DNA of 37,286 nt, taken from the NCBI GenBank assembly GCA_001767605.1, contig MELM01000007.1, positions 33,573 through 70,858 on the forward strand. The letters are read 5' to 3'. Made by a program: the position numbers and the translations under genes. Numbering within the stretch: position 1 is the first letter of the stretch; each line of letters opens with the position of its first letter. Below the pieces are notes generated by a model. The model did not search any database and was not told where the DNA came from. It saw only the letters and a program-made list of their open reading frames with translations. This stretch comes from Candidatus Solincola sediminis (GTDB lineage Bacteria; Actinomycetota; Geothermincolia; Geothermincolales; RBG-13-55-18). Shown here piece after piece: positions 1 to 7,899 of the stretch.

Positions 1-111
1 AAGCTATCCCCAAAATCTCACCGCCCATTCGGGGGACTCTACGCCTACTGATTATCTCATAGGTTCAAGAAAAGCTGGCTAACAGCTGTCCTTATGCCTT
101 AAAGTCAATGC

Positions 112-741
112 GTGGAAATTTACTTGTATTGCGCGCCCGATAGAGAGGAAGCCTTCCGATATCTTCTGGAAGACCTCCCCGTGCATGCTCTTACTCGAGA
201 GCAATTGCCGCAGCCTTCCCCTGGAGACATCGTTCTCGTAGATTTTGTGAACGACGGCGCCGATTGGACCAATAGACTCGAAATCCTCCGCCGTGTTTTA
301 CAGGAAGGAGTGTGTTTGGTCGGTGTGCTCGAGAAACGGCAGTTACGAGCACTTGGCAAGCCGGGCTTCCTCAATGATTTCGCGGTTGAAGGCTGCACGG
401 CCGAGGAGTTGAAGGCCAGGTTGCGCTGGCATACGGCCGAGTCGGTACAGGAAGGCGAGCCGCCGGAACTCGAAATCGACGAAGACCGCTATGAGGCAAG
501 ATTGGCTGGAGCCCCGATCGAGCTGACCTTCAAGGAATTCGAATTACTGCGTTTTCTTGCTGCCAGGCCTGGAAAGGTTTTCACGCGTGAGATGCTGCTG
601 GAGCAACTCTGGGGTTATGACTACTTCGGAGGCGCACGCACCGTGGACGTGCACATAAGGCGCATCCGCTCCAAAATCGAACACGAAGGCCGTGTCTACA
701 TAAGGACAGTGCGCGGCGTAGGCTACATCTTCGAACCCTAG
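112..741 (+). CDS. glnR: OmpR/PhoB-family winged-helix regulator with a degenerate receiver domain; actinobacterial GlnR-like orphan nitrogen regulator (function inferred from context)
   Basis: 209-aa ORF with a GTG start. The C-terminal half (ELTFKEFELLRFLAARPGKVFTREMLLEQLWGYDYFGGARTVDVHIRRIRSKIE...RTVRGVGYIF) is a canonical OmpR/PhoB wHTH. The N-terminal ~110 aa is receiver-like but lacks an obvious acidic pair and conserved Lys. No kinase is adjacent. It lies directly upstream of amt-amt-glnK-glnA-nadE. Confidence 0.65.
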   Translation: MEIYLYCAPDREEAFRYLLEDLPVHALTREQLPQPSPGDIVLVDFVNDGADWTNRLEILRRVLQEGVCLVGVLEKRQLRALGKPGFLNDFAVEGCTAEELKARLRWHTAESVQEGEPPELEIDEDRYEARLAGAPIELTFKEFELLRFLAARPGKVFTREMLLEQLWGYDYFGGARTVDVHIRRIRSKIEHEGRVYIRTVRGVGYIFEP

Positions 742-750
742 TGCGGTTAA

Positions 751-826
751 CAAAGGCTTCACAAAGGTGTCAGGCACCTTTGTGTAGGCGCACCTACACA
801 AAGGTGCCTGACACCTTTGTGTAGGT
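751..826. repeat. Two adjacent, mutually inverted copies of a ~30-bp palindromic element (REP-like; possible terminator of the regulator gene)
   Basis: 760-788 reads CACAAAGGTG-tcagg-CACCTTTGTGTAGG. 793-825 reads CCTACACAAAGGTG-cctga-CACCTTTGTGTAGG, with the loop inverted. A near-identical 38-bp copie occurs at 7501-7538. Confidence 0.8.
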
Positions 827-846
827 GGATATCTTTGTAGGACCCG

Positions 847-884
847 TTAACGGTGTTGAAACAACTTCTTAACATCCATTTAAT
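847..884 (+). promoter_or_regulatory. Putative GlnR-box-like operator upstream of amt1
   Basis: TTAAC(847-851)-n6-GAAAC(858-862)-n6-TTAAC(869-873)-n6-TTAAT(880-884). These are pentamers at strict 11-bp phasing, 73-110 nt upstream of the amt1 GTG. Confidence 0.45.
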
Positions 885-956
885 TCCGCTATAAAGTTCT
901 CGAAATCCAGCCTGTCTACAATGATCCCAAGGTGAACCCGAGAAGGAGGTCTGCTT

Positions 957-2525
957 GTGGGATCGATTAACAAAAACTGGAAAATACTTGTGATGCTGGC
1001 GATTCTCCTGGCCGTGCTACTGGTAATCATGGTAGGGCCGATAAAGGCCAGGGCGGATTCGTCGGGCGAGCAGACGGGAACGTCGCAAGACCTGGGCGAA
1101 GGAAGCCTCGAAGATCAGGTGGGCCACAATAAGATAGCCATCAATTTCATGTGGGTCTTTCTGGGCGCGATACTGGTCTTCTTTATGCAGGCGGGCTTCG
1201 CCATGGTTGAGACCGGCTTCACCCAGGAACGCAACGCGGTCCACGTCATGATGACCAATTTTACTATCTTCGCTGTCGGTACCCTCGGATATTTCCTGGT
1301 AGGATATGCCCTCATGTTCGGGGGCGTGGGACAACTGCTCACACTGGGCGGATCCGAAATAATGAACGCCAAGCTGGAGGTCGCGAAGGGGTGGTCGCTC
1401 TTTGGCTTGAAAGGATTTGCTCTCTCCGGCACTGGGGTCTATGACGTAGGGATTTTTCTGTTCTTCCTCTTCCAGGTGGTCTTCATGGATACAGCGGCCA
1501 CCATTGTCACCGGCGGCCTGGCCGAGCGCTGGAAGTTCAAGGCATTTCTGGTGTACGGCGTCTTCATGTCCGCGATCCTCTACCCCGTTTTCGGGCACTG
1601 GGTATGGGGCGGAGGATGGCTGTCGCAGTTGGGGGCCAATGTAAATCTCGGGCATGGCTTCGTCGACTTTGCAGGATCGTCGGTGGTGCACGCAGTAGGA
1701 GGCCTTTGTGCGCTGGCGGGTATCTATGTGATCGGGCCGCGGATGGGCCGTTTCGACAAGGAGGGCAAGCCGCGGGCGATACCGGGCCACAACATACCCA
1801 TAGCTATCGTGGGTGTTATCATCCTTGTTTTCGGGTGGTTCGGTTTCAATTCGGCGAGCACACTATCCGGGCAGGACTTACGCTTTGCCATCGTGGCGGT
1901 CAATACGCTGCTCGCCGCCTGCGCCGGTTCTCTAACGGCCATGTTTTTTATGTGGAAGAAATTCGGCAAGCCCGATCCTTCCATGACCGCCAACGGTATG
2001 CTCGCCGGCCTGGTGGCCATCACCGCGCCCTGCGCCTTCGTGCCTTCATGGGCGGCGATAGTGATCGGGATCATAGCCGGCTTCGTTGTATGCGGGGGTG
2101 TCTTACTGCTGGAACGCTGGCGGTTGGACGATCCGGTGGGTGCTGTCGCAGTGCATGGTTTCAATGGGCTATGGGGGGTTCTCGCTGTTGGTCTCTTTGC
2201 CGACGGTACTTACGGCAGCGGCTTGAATGGTGTGGATGGTGCCGTGAGGGGTTTGTTCTTCGGGGATGCGGGACAGTTCCTCGCCCAGGCGATAGGCGCA
2301 GTTGCGTGTGCCGCCTTCGTCCTCGGGCTGTCCCTGCTCTTCTTCCGCCTGCAGGATCGTATTCAAGGCATTCGCGTCTCTCCCCAGGAGGAAGTAGACG
2401 GCCTCGACGTCCACGAGATGGGAGTGAGCGCCTATGACTCCGGTACTCAGTTGCACCTGGGCCTGTCTCATCCGGAACCCGAATGGGAGGGCAGAAGGCC
2501 CCGCAAGTCAAGGAGCAGCGCTTGA
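957..2525 (+). CDS. amt: Ammonium transporter (Amt/MEP family) with an N-terminal signal-like segment and acidic linker
   Basis: 522-aa ORF with a GTG start 7 nt after AAGGAGG. Amt signature stretches: FFMQAGFAMVETGF, VDFAGSSVVHAVGG, DDPVGAVAVHGFNGLWG. Many hydrophobic segments. Confidence 0.93.
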   Translation: MGSINKNWKILVMLAILLAVLLVIMVGPIKARADSSGEQTGTSQDLGEGSLEDQVGHNKIAINFMWVFLGAILVFFMQAGFAMVETGFTQERNAVHVMMTNFTIFAVGTLGYFLVGYALMFGGVGQLLTLGGSEIMNAKLEVAKGWSLFGLKGFALSGTGVYDVGIFLFFLFQVVFMDTAATIVTGGLAERWKFKAFLVYGVFMSAILYPVFGHWVWGGGWLSQLGANVNLGHGFVDFAGSSVVHAVGGLCALAGIYVIGPRMGRFDKEGKPRAIPGHNIPIAIVGVIILVFGWFGFNSASTLSGQDLRFAIVAVNTLLAACAGSLTAMFFMWKKFGKPDPSMTANGMLAGLVAITAPCAFVPSWAAIVIGIIAGFVVCGGVLLLERWRLDDPVGAVAVHGFNGLWGVLAVGLFADGTYGSGLNGVDGAVRGLFFGDAGQFLAQAIGAVACAAFVLGLSLLFFRLQDRIQGIRVSPQEEVDGLDVHEMGVSAYDSGTQLHLGLSHPEPEWEGRRPRKSRSSA

Positions 2526-2561
2526 AACCCGGATTTAACATTGATTTAAAGTATCTGAAAC
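2524..2561 (+). promoter_or_regulatory. Putative GlnR-box-like operator upstream of amt2-glnK
   Basis: GAAAC(2524-2528)-n6-TTAAC(2535-2539)-n6-TTAAA(2546-2550)-n6-GAAAC(2557-2561). It has the same 11-bp phasing as 847-884 and starts inside the amt1 stop codon. Confidence 0.45.
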
Positions 2562-2631
2562 AGACACTCGCTAGGCTTGGTAGACAACTCAATGTAATGC
2601 CCAAGCACGAACGAAAGCGGGTGAAAGACGA

Positions 2632-4008
2632 ATGAAAAAAGTCCTCCTTGTAGTCCTGATAACCGCGTTGCTGCTGGCACTTTTTGCAACGCCGGTTCTC
2701 GCCCAAGGGGACGGTGAGGCCAAAACGCCGGATAGCATAGCGACCGATCTCGACACGGTCTGGGTGCTTCTGGCCGCGGCTCTTGTCTTCTTCATGCAGG
2801 CGGGTTTCTTCTTCCTTGAAGGCGGCTTGACGCGGGCCAAGAACGTCGCCAATGCCATGCTCAAGGGGGTTATGGACTTCTGTCTGGGAGCAATCATTTT
2901 CTGGATGGTCGGCTTCGGCCTGATGTTCGGCTTGAGCCGGGGCGGCTTCGTAGGATCGAGCGGATTCTTTTCAAATCTCGCCAGCGCAGATTGGAACGGC
3001 CTGCCCCTCTATGTGTTTCTGCTGTTTCAGATAGCCTTTGCCGGAGCGGCGGCGACTATTCTCGCCGGGGGAGTGGCGGAGCGCTTCAAGTTCAGTGCGT
3101 ATTGCATAGCTACCGTGGTTATCACCGGCTTCATTTACCCGGTTGCCGGACACTGGATATGGGCGCAGGGCGGTTGGCTGAACCGTCTCGGCATGCTGGA
3201 CTTCGCCGGCTCGACGGTCGTGCATACGGTTGGCGGCGTTTGCGCATTCGTCGGGGCCTGGATGGTGGGAGCGCGAGTAGGCAAATATAATCCGGATCGC
3301 AGCGCCAACGCCATACCCGGGCACAATATTCCCATGGCCGCACTGGGGACCTTCATCCTCTGGCTGGGCTGGTACGGATTCAACCCGGGGAGTTTGTTGA
3401 AAGCGTCTCCGGCTATCGCCACCATCGCAATGACCACGACCCTGTCGGCAGCGGCAGGCGCAACGATGGCCATGTTGATTACCTGGGGGCGCTACGGCAA
3501 GCCGGATGTCAGCATGTCGCTCAATGGTGCGCTGGCAGGGCTCGTCGCCGTCACCGCCGGTTGCGCTTACGTGAGTCCGGTCAGTGCATTAATCATCGGC
3601 ATCGTCGCGGGCATCCTGGTCGTATTCTCGGTAGAATTCATCGACCACAAGGTGAGAGTGGATGATCCCGTGGGCGCGGTCTCGGTGCATATGGTAAACG
3701 GAATCTGGGGGACGATAGCCGTCGGTCTTTTCGCGCAGGCCTCTTTCGGACAGGCAAATGGCGTCGCCGCCGTCGATGGGCTCTTCTTCGGAGGCGGATT
3801 AGCCCAGCTGGGCAAACAATTACTCGGTAGTGCGTCGGTTGTTGCCTGGGTAGCGGTAACGGCCGGTCTTATGTTCTTCATCCTCAAGAAGACGATTGGG
3901 ATCAGGGTCGACGAAGAAGGACAGAGGGTGGGGCTCGATTTGCACGAGCACGACATCGAGGCTTACCCTGATTTCCAGCCGGCAATATCAGAGAAGGGAG
4001 TGAGTTGA
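2632..4008 (+). CDS. amt: Ammonium transporter (Amt family), second paralogue
   Basis: 458-aa ORF. Motifs FFMQAGFFFLEGG, LDFAGSTVVHTVGG, DDPVGAVSVHMVNGIWG. N-terminal signal-like segment. Followed 1 nt later by the PII gene. Confidence 0.93.
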   Translation: MKKVLLVVLITALLLALFATPVLAQGDGEAKTPDSIATDLDTVWVLLAAALVFFMQAGFFFLEGGLTRAKNVANAMLKGVMDFCLGAIIFWMVGFGLMFGLSRGGFVGSSGFFSNLASADWNGLPLYVFLLFQIAFAGAAATILAGGVAERFKFSAYCIATVVITGFIYPVAGHWIWAQGGWLNRLGMLDFAGSTVVHTVGGVCAFVGAWMVGARVGKYNPDRSANAIPGHNIPMAALGTFILWLGWYGFNPGSLLKASPAIATIAMTTTLSAAAGATMAMLITWGRYGKPDVSMSLNGALAGLVAVTAGCAYVSPVSALIIGIVAGILVVFSVEFIDHKVRVDDPVGAVSVHMVNGIWGTIAVGLFAQASFGQANGVAAVDGLFFGGGLAQLGKQLLGSASVVAWVAVTAGLMFFILKKTIGIRVDEEGQRVGLDLHEHDIEAYPDFQPAISEKGVS

Positions 4009-4009
4009 A

Positions 4010-4348
4010 TTGAGAAAGGTTGAAGCGCTGTTTCGTCCGGAACGCCTGGAGCCGGTGATGGAGGAACTCGGAGAGCTGGGTTATCCCGGCGTGACCATCA
4101 CCGAGGTGAAGGGGCACGGCAAGCAGAAGGGTGTGACCCATATGTGGAGGGGATCCGAGTACCGCGTCGAGTTTCTTCCAAAGATCAAGCTGGAGGTAGT
4201 GGTCCTGGATGAGGATCTGGGAAAGGTGGTGAATGCCGTAGTGAGGTCGGCGCGTACCGGCTCGATCGGTGACGGCAAAATCTTCATTTACAACGTTGAC
4301 GATGCCATTAGAATAAGAACCGGAGAGTCCGGCTTCCAGGCAATTTAA
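4010..4348 (+). CDS. glnK: Nitrogen regulatory protein P-II (GlnK type, amt-linked)
   Basis: 112-aa ORF with a TTG start directly after the amt2 stop. PII features: MRKVEALFRP, T-loop GHGKQKG..RGSEYRVEF, TGSIGDGKIFI. Confidence 0.92.
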   Translation: MRKVEALFRPERLEPVMEELGELGYPGVTITEVKGHGKQKGVTHMWRGSEYRVEFLPKIKLEVVVLDEDLGKVVNAVVRSARTGSIGDGKIFIYNVDDAIRIRTGESGFQAI

Positions 4349-4355
4349 CATAGAT

Positions 4356-4408
4356 GTAACATTTTCGAAAACAAAGGGAAACATTCGATGAGTAACCTTT
4401 TGACAAAC
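4356..4408 (+). promoter_or_regulatory. Putative GlnR-box-like sites upstream of glnA
   Basis: GTAAC(4356-4360)-n6-GAAAA(4367-4371)-n6-GAAAC(4378-4382), then GTAAC(4392-4396)-n6-ACAAA(4403-4407). Located in the 86-nt glnK-glnA spacer. Confidence 0.4.
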
Positions 4409-4434
4409 TGGGATCAATGCAAAGGAGGACTGGA

Positions 4435-5763
4435 ATGACCAAGGATAAGGAATACGTGCTAAAGATGGCGCGTGAGAACGATGTTCGTTTTATCAGGCTA
4501 TGGTTCACGGATATCCTGGGTATTCTGAAGAGCTTCGCCATAACCATCAGCGAGTTGGAGCAGGCCCTGGAGGAGGGCATGGGCTTCGATGGGTCGTCCA
4601 TCGAGGGTTATGCGAGAATCGACGAGAGCGACATGATCGCCATGCCCGACCCGAGCACCTTCGCCATCCTTCCCTGGCGTCCCCGGGAACACAATGCCGT
4701 CGCCCGTATGTTCTGCGACGTTATGAGACCGGGTGGTGAACCGTACAATAAGGATCCGCGATTCATCCTCAAGCAAAACCTGGCTCGGGCGGCCAAGATG
4801 GGCTATACGTATTACGTCGGCCCGGAACTCGAGTTCTTCTACTTCAAGAGCCCGGAAGCTACCGAAGTACTTGACCACGGCGGTTATTTCGACCTGACGC
4901 CACTCGATGTCGCGAGCGACCTGCGTCGCGACACGGTGCTTGCTTTGGAGGACTTGGGAATCGGCGTCGAGTACAGCCACCACGAGGTGGGTCCCAGCCA
5001 GCACGAGATAGACATGCGCTACACAGACGCCCTCACCATGGCTGACAATGCCATGACCTTCCGCCTGGTCGTCAAGGAGGTGGCACTTCTCAATAATGTC
5101 TATGCGACTTTCATGCCCAAGCCCTTGATGGGTGAGAACGGCAGTGGAATGCACACCCATATGTCGCTCTTCAAGGGCGAAAAGAACGCCTTCTTCGAGG
5201 CCGGGGATGAGTATCATCTTTCACAAGTCGCCAAGCAGTTCATCGCCGGCCTGCTGCGCCATGCTCCGGAGATAACCCTGGTCTGCAATCAGTGGGTCAA
5301 TTCCTACAAGCGGCTGGTGCCTGGATACGAGGCTCCCGTGTACCTGACCTGGGCCGTGCGCAATCGCTCCGACCTGGTAAGAGTGCCGCAGTATAAGCCG
5401 GGGATGGAAAAGGCCACTCGCATCGAATTCCGATCACCCGACCCTTCATGCAACCCGTACCTGGCCTTTGCCTGCATGCTGGCGGCCGGACTGGACGGCA
5501 TAGAAAAGGGATACGAGATCCGCGAACCGGTGGAGAGAAACGTCTACAAGATGACCGAAAAGGAACGGTCGGATCTGGGCATCAAGCAATTGCCGGAGGA
5601 CCTCTGGGAGGCGATAGGCCTGGCCGAGCAGAGCGAGCTGTTGCGCAACACTCTGGGCGAGGAAGTCTTCACCTCGTTGATCGAGAACAAGAAGATAGAG
5701 TGGGAGCGATACCGCGCACAGGTAACGGAATGGGAACTGGATAATTATTTACCCTTGCTCTAG
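4435..5763 (+). CDS. glnA: Glutamine synthetase, type I (GSI-alpha-like)
   Basis: The ORF track starts at 4417, but AAAGGAGGA (4421-4429) favours the ATG at 4435 (MTKDKEYVLKMAREN...). GS motifs: FDGSSIEGY, GSGMHTHMSLF, NSYKRLVPGYEAP. The C-terminal NVYKMTEKER..LPEDLWEAI resembles Bacillus-type GSI-alpha. Confidence 0.93.
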   Translation: MTKDKEYVLKMARENDVRFIRLWFTDILGILKSFAITISELEQALEEGMGFDGSSIEGYARIDESDMIAMPDPSTFAILPWRPREHNAVARMFCDVMRPGGEPYNKDPRFILKQNLARAAKMGYTYYVGPELEFFYFKSPEATEVLDHGGYFDLTPLDVASDLRRDTVLALEDLGIGVEYSHHEVGPSQHEIDMRYTDALTMADNAMTFRLVVKEVALLNNVYATFMPKPLMGENGSGMHTHMSLFKGEKNAFFEAGDEYHLSQVAKQFIAGLLRHAPEITLVCNQWVNSYKRLVPGYEAPVYLTWAVRNRSDLVRVPQYKPGMEKATRIEFRSPDPSCNPYLAFACMLAAGLDGIEKGYEIREPVERNVYKMTEKERSDLGIKQLPEDLWEAIGLAEQSELLRNTLGEEVFTSLIENKKIEWERYRAQVTEWELDNYLPLL

Positions 5764-5772
5764 TCTTATTGC

Positions 5773-7491
5773 ATGAGATTAGCCCTTGCCCAGATAAACG
5801 TCTCGGTAGGCGACATCGAAGGCAATTGCAGAAGGATCCTCGAGGCGTCGCGCGAGGCGCAAGCTCAGGGAGCGGATATAGTCTGCTTCCCTGAGCTTGC
5901 TCTATCCGGATATCCTCCCGAAGACCTTCTCCTGAAAAGGGATTTTCTGGAAAAGTGTGATTCGTGCCTGCGTGAAACAGCGGGTGAAATCGATGATCTC
6001 ATCGTTATCGTGGGAACTCCGCATCTTGATGAAGACCTCTTTAACGCGGCCGCCGTAATTTGCCACCGGGAAATCGTGGCTTTTTACTATAAGCACTTCC
6101 TTCCGAATTATGGCGTTTTTGACGAATACAGATATTTCGCCACCGGAAAAGAAGGCCTGGTGTTGAAGGTGGGAGACATGAGGGTGGGGGTCACCATATG
6201 TGAGGATATATGGTATCCGGGGGGACCCATGGAAGCGGAGGTGACTTACGGTGGAGCGGAGATCATCGTCAACCTCTCCTCTTCACCCTTCCAGCGCGGC
6301 AAGCTTTTTGACAGGGAGCGCCTCTTGCAGTCGCGAACCTCCGATTCGACCGCTATTCTCGCTTATGTGAATTGCGTCGGGGGCCAGGACGAGCTGGTTT
6401 TCGACGGCGGCTCCATGGTGCTGCATCCCCTTGAGAAGAAATTGGTGTGTGCGCCGCGATTCGTGGAGCATACGCTGCTCTACGACATACAGAAGACCGG
6501 TCTTTGGGGACATCGCATGATGATGCCCCTGCAGCGATATTTCAGACAGGGGAACCTGAGAATACCGACGCGAATGCTCGAAATCGAAATCCCGCAAGGA
6601 TCTTCGCGGGGTAATGACCCGGAGCTCGCCGCACCATCCTCGCATGATATGAAAAGCGAGGACGAAATCCTTGAAGCTCTCCTCCTCGGCCTTCGGGATT
6701 ATGTCAGGAAGAACAGGTTTCAACACGTCTTGATCGGACTTTCCGGCGGCATCGACTCAGCCCTTACAGCCGCCATAGCCGCCATGGCCCTTGGCCCATC
6801 ACATGTACACTGCGTGTTCATGCCCTCGCGCTATACGGCTGATGTTTCCTACCGAGGTGCGGAGTTACTGGCTGAATCCCTTGGGGTGTCTCTGGATGAC
6901 TACGCCATCGACGAGATATTCGACGGTTATATGCAGAATGCCGCGGCTTCTGTGGAAGGACCGACCGGAGGTTTGGCCGCCGAGAATCTGCAGGCGCGCA
7001 TCAGAGGTAATATCTTGATGAGCATCTCCAACAGTCACGGATGGCTGGTCCTGGCAACCGGTAACAAGAGCGAGCTTTCGATGGGCTACTGCACCCTTTA
7101 TGGGGATATGGCGGGCGGCTACGCGGTGCTCAAGGATCTGCTGAAGCGCGAAGTTTATCGGCTGTCGCGGTATATGAACGAAAGGGAGGGAAGAGAAGTT
7201 ATCCCCGAGATGATAATCGAGCGGGAACCTTCGGCGGAACTGCGGGCCGACCAGTTGGATACAGATTCCCTGCCCCCCTACGATATCCTCGATCCCATAC
7301 TGGAGGATTATATCGAGAACGGGCTGACCATAGAGGAGATGACCGCGAAGGGACACCCGGAGGAACTGGTTAGGGGCATTGTTCTCAGGGTGGACGCCAA
7401 CGAGTACAAGCGGAGGCAGGCTCCAGTGGGCATCAAGGTAACCTCACGCGCCTTCGGGCGTGATTGGCGCCTCCCCATCTCCAAATTCTAA
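5773..7491 (+). CDS. nadE: Glutamine-dependent NAD+ synthetase (CN-hydrolase glutaminase domain + NAD synthetase domain)
   Basis: 572-aa ORF. The N-terminal nitrilase-type domain has MRLALAQINV, FPELALSGYP, ICEDIWYPGGP. The C-terminal PP-loop has LSGGIDSALTA. It lies 9 nt after glnA. Confidence 0.9.
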   Translation: MRLALAQINVSVGDIEGNCRRILEASREAQAQGADIVCFPELALSGYPPEDLLLKRDFLEKCDSCLRETAGEIDDLIVIVGTPHLDEDLFNAAAVICHREIVAFYYKHFLPNYGVFDEYRYFATGKEGLVLKVGDMRVGVTICEDIWYPGGPMEAEVTYGGAEIIVNLSSSPFQRGKLFDRERLLQSRTSDSTAILAYVNCVGGQDELVFDGGSMVLHPLEKKLVCAPRFVEHTLLYDIQKTGLWGHRMMMPLQRYFRQGNLRIPTRMLEIEIPQGSSRGNDPELAAPSSHDMKSEDEILEALLLGLRDYVRKNRFQHVLIGLSGGIDSALTAAIAAMALGPSHVHCVFMPSRYTADVSYRGAELLAESLGVSLDDYAIDEIFDGYMQNAAASVEGPTGGLAAENLQARIRGNILMSISNSHGWLVLATGNKSELSMGYCTLYGDMAGGYAVLKDLLKREVYRLSRYMNEREGREVIPEMIIEREPSAELRADQLDTDSLPPYDILDPILEDYIENGLTIEEMTAKGHPEELVRGIVLRVDANEYKRRQAPVGIKVTSRAFGRDWRLPISKF

Positions 7492-7500
7492 CGTACACCT

Positions 7501-7538
7501 CAAAGGCTACACAAAGGTGTCAGGCACCTTTGTGTAGG
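7501..7538. repeat. Third copy of the CACAAAGGTG palindromic element; probable bidirectional terminator between convergent nadE and the GyrI-like gene
   Basis: CAAAGGCTACACAAAGGTGTCAGGCACCTTTGTGTAGG matches 751-788 with one mismatch. It has a 13-bp perfect stem and sits between stop codons at 7489-7491 (+) and 7540-7542 (-). Confidence 0.8.
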
Positions 7539-7539
7539 G

Positions 7540-7815
7540 CTACTTCTTGTGTACCGGGAATTGCAGCTCCGTTATCAAGTCATCCTCGCTTGTGACCATG
7601 ATCAGGTCATTATGAAAGATGGCAAGGCCCGGTCCCATCAGCTCATAGCCGTTTTCTGCGGCCCAGCGCATCAGCTTGAGAAACGAGTCCTGAAGATCGG
7701 CTTGCGACCCCTTGTGCACGGTAAACGCTACCTCTTGCGGCTGGGTTGTTTTCACCTCAACCTCACCTGTTTCGGCCAGGTCCTTGATCTCTTGCGGGGG
7801 CTCCAACGGCCTCAT
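7540..7815 (-). CDS. Small GyrI-like (SOUL/AraC-effector-type) small-molecule-binding domain protein
   Basis: The 184-aa track ORF overlaps the next gene. The internal ATG at 7815 follows GGAGGTA and gives 91 aa (MRPLEPPQE...VEVKTTQPQEVAFTVHKG..FLKLMRWAAENGYELMGPGLAIFHND), resembling one GyrI-like repeat. Confidence 0.55.
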   Translation of the reverse strand: MRPLEPPQEIKDLAETGEVEVKTTQPQEVAFTVHKGSQADLQDSFLKLMRWAAENGYELMGPGLAIFHNDLIMVTSEDDLITELQFPVHKK

Positions 7816-7899
7816 CTTTTTACCTCCATCTTCATCGCTGAGTTTGATAGTGGATATAATGGGGACATTGTACAGTGAACGGGTTAATGGAGGAATGAT

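Noticed and set aside
1017-1790. 257-aa minus-strand ORF, plus the other ORFs overlapping the amt genes (1604-2437, 2161-2706 etc.)
   Set aside because: They overlap the two ammonium transporter genes in other frames or on the other strand. They are Arg/Pro-rich translations typical of off-frame GC-rich DNA.
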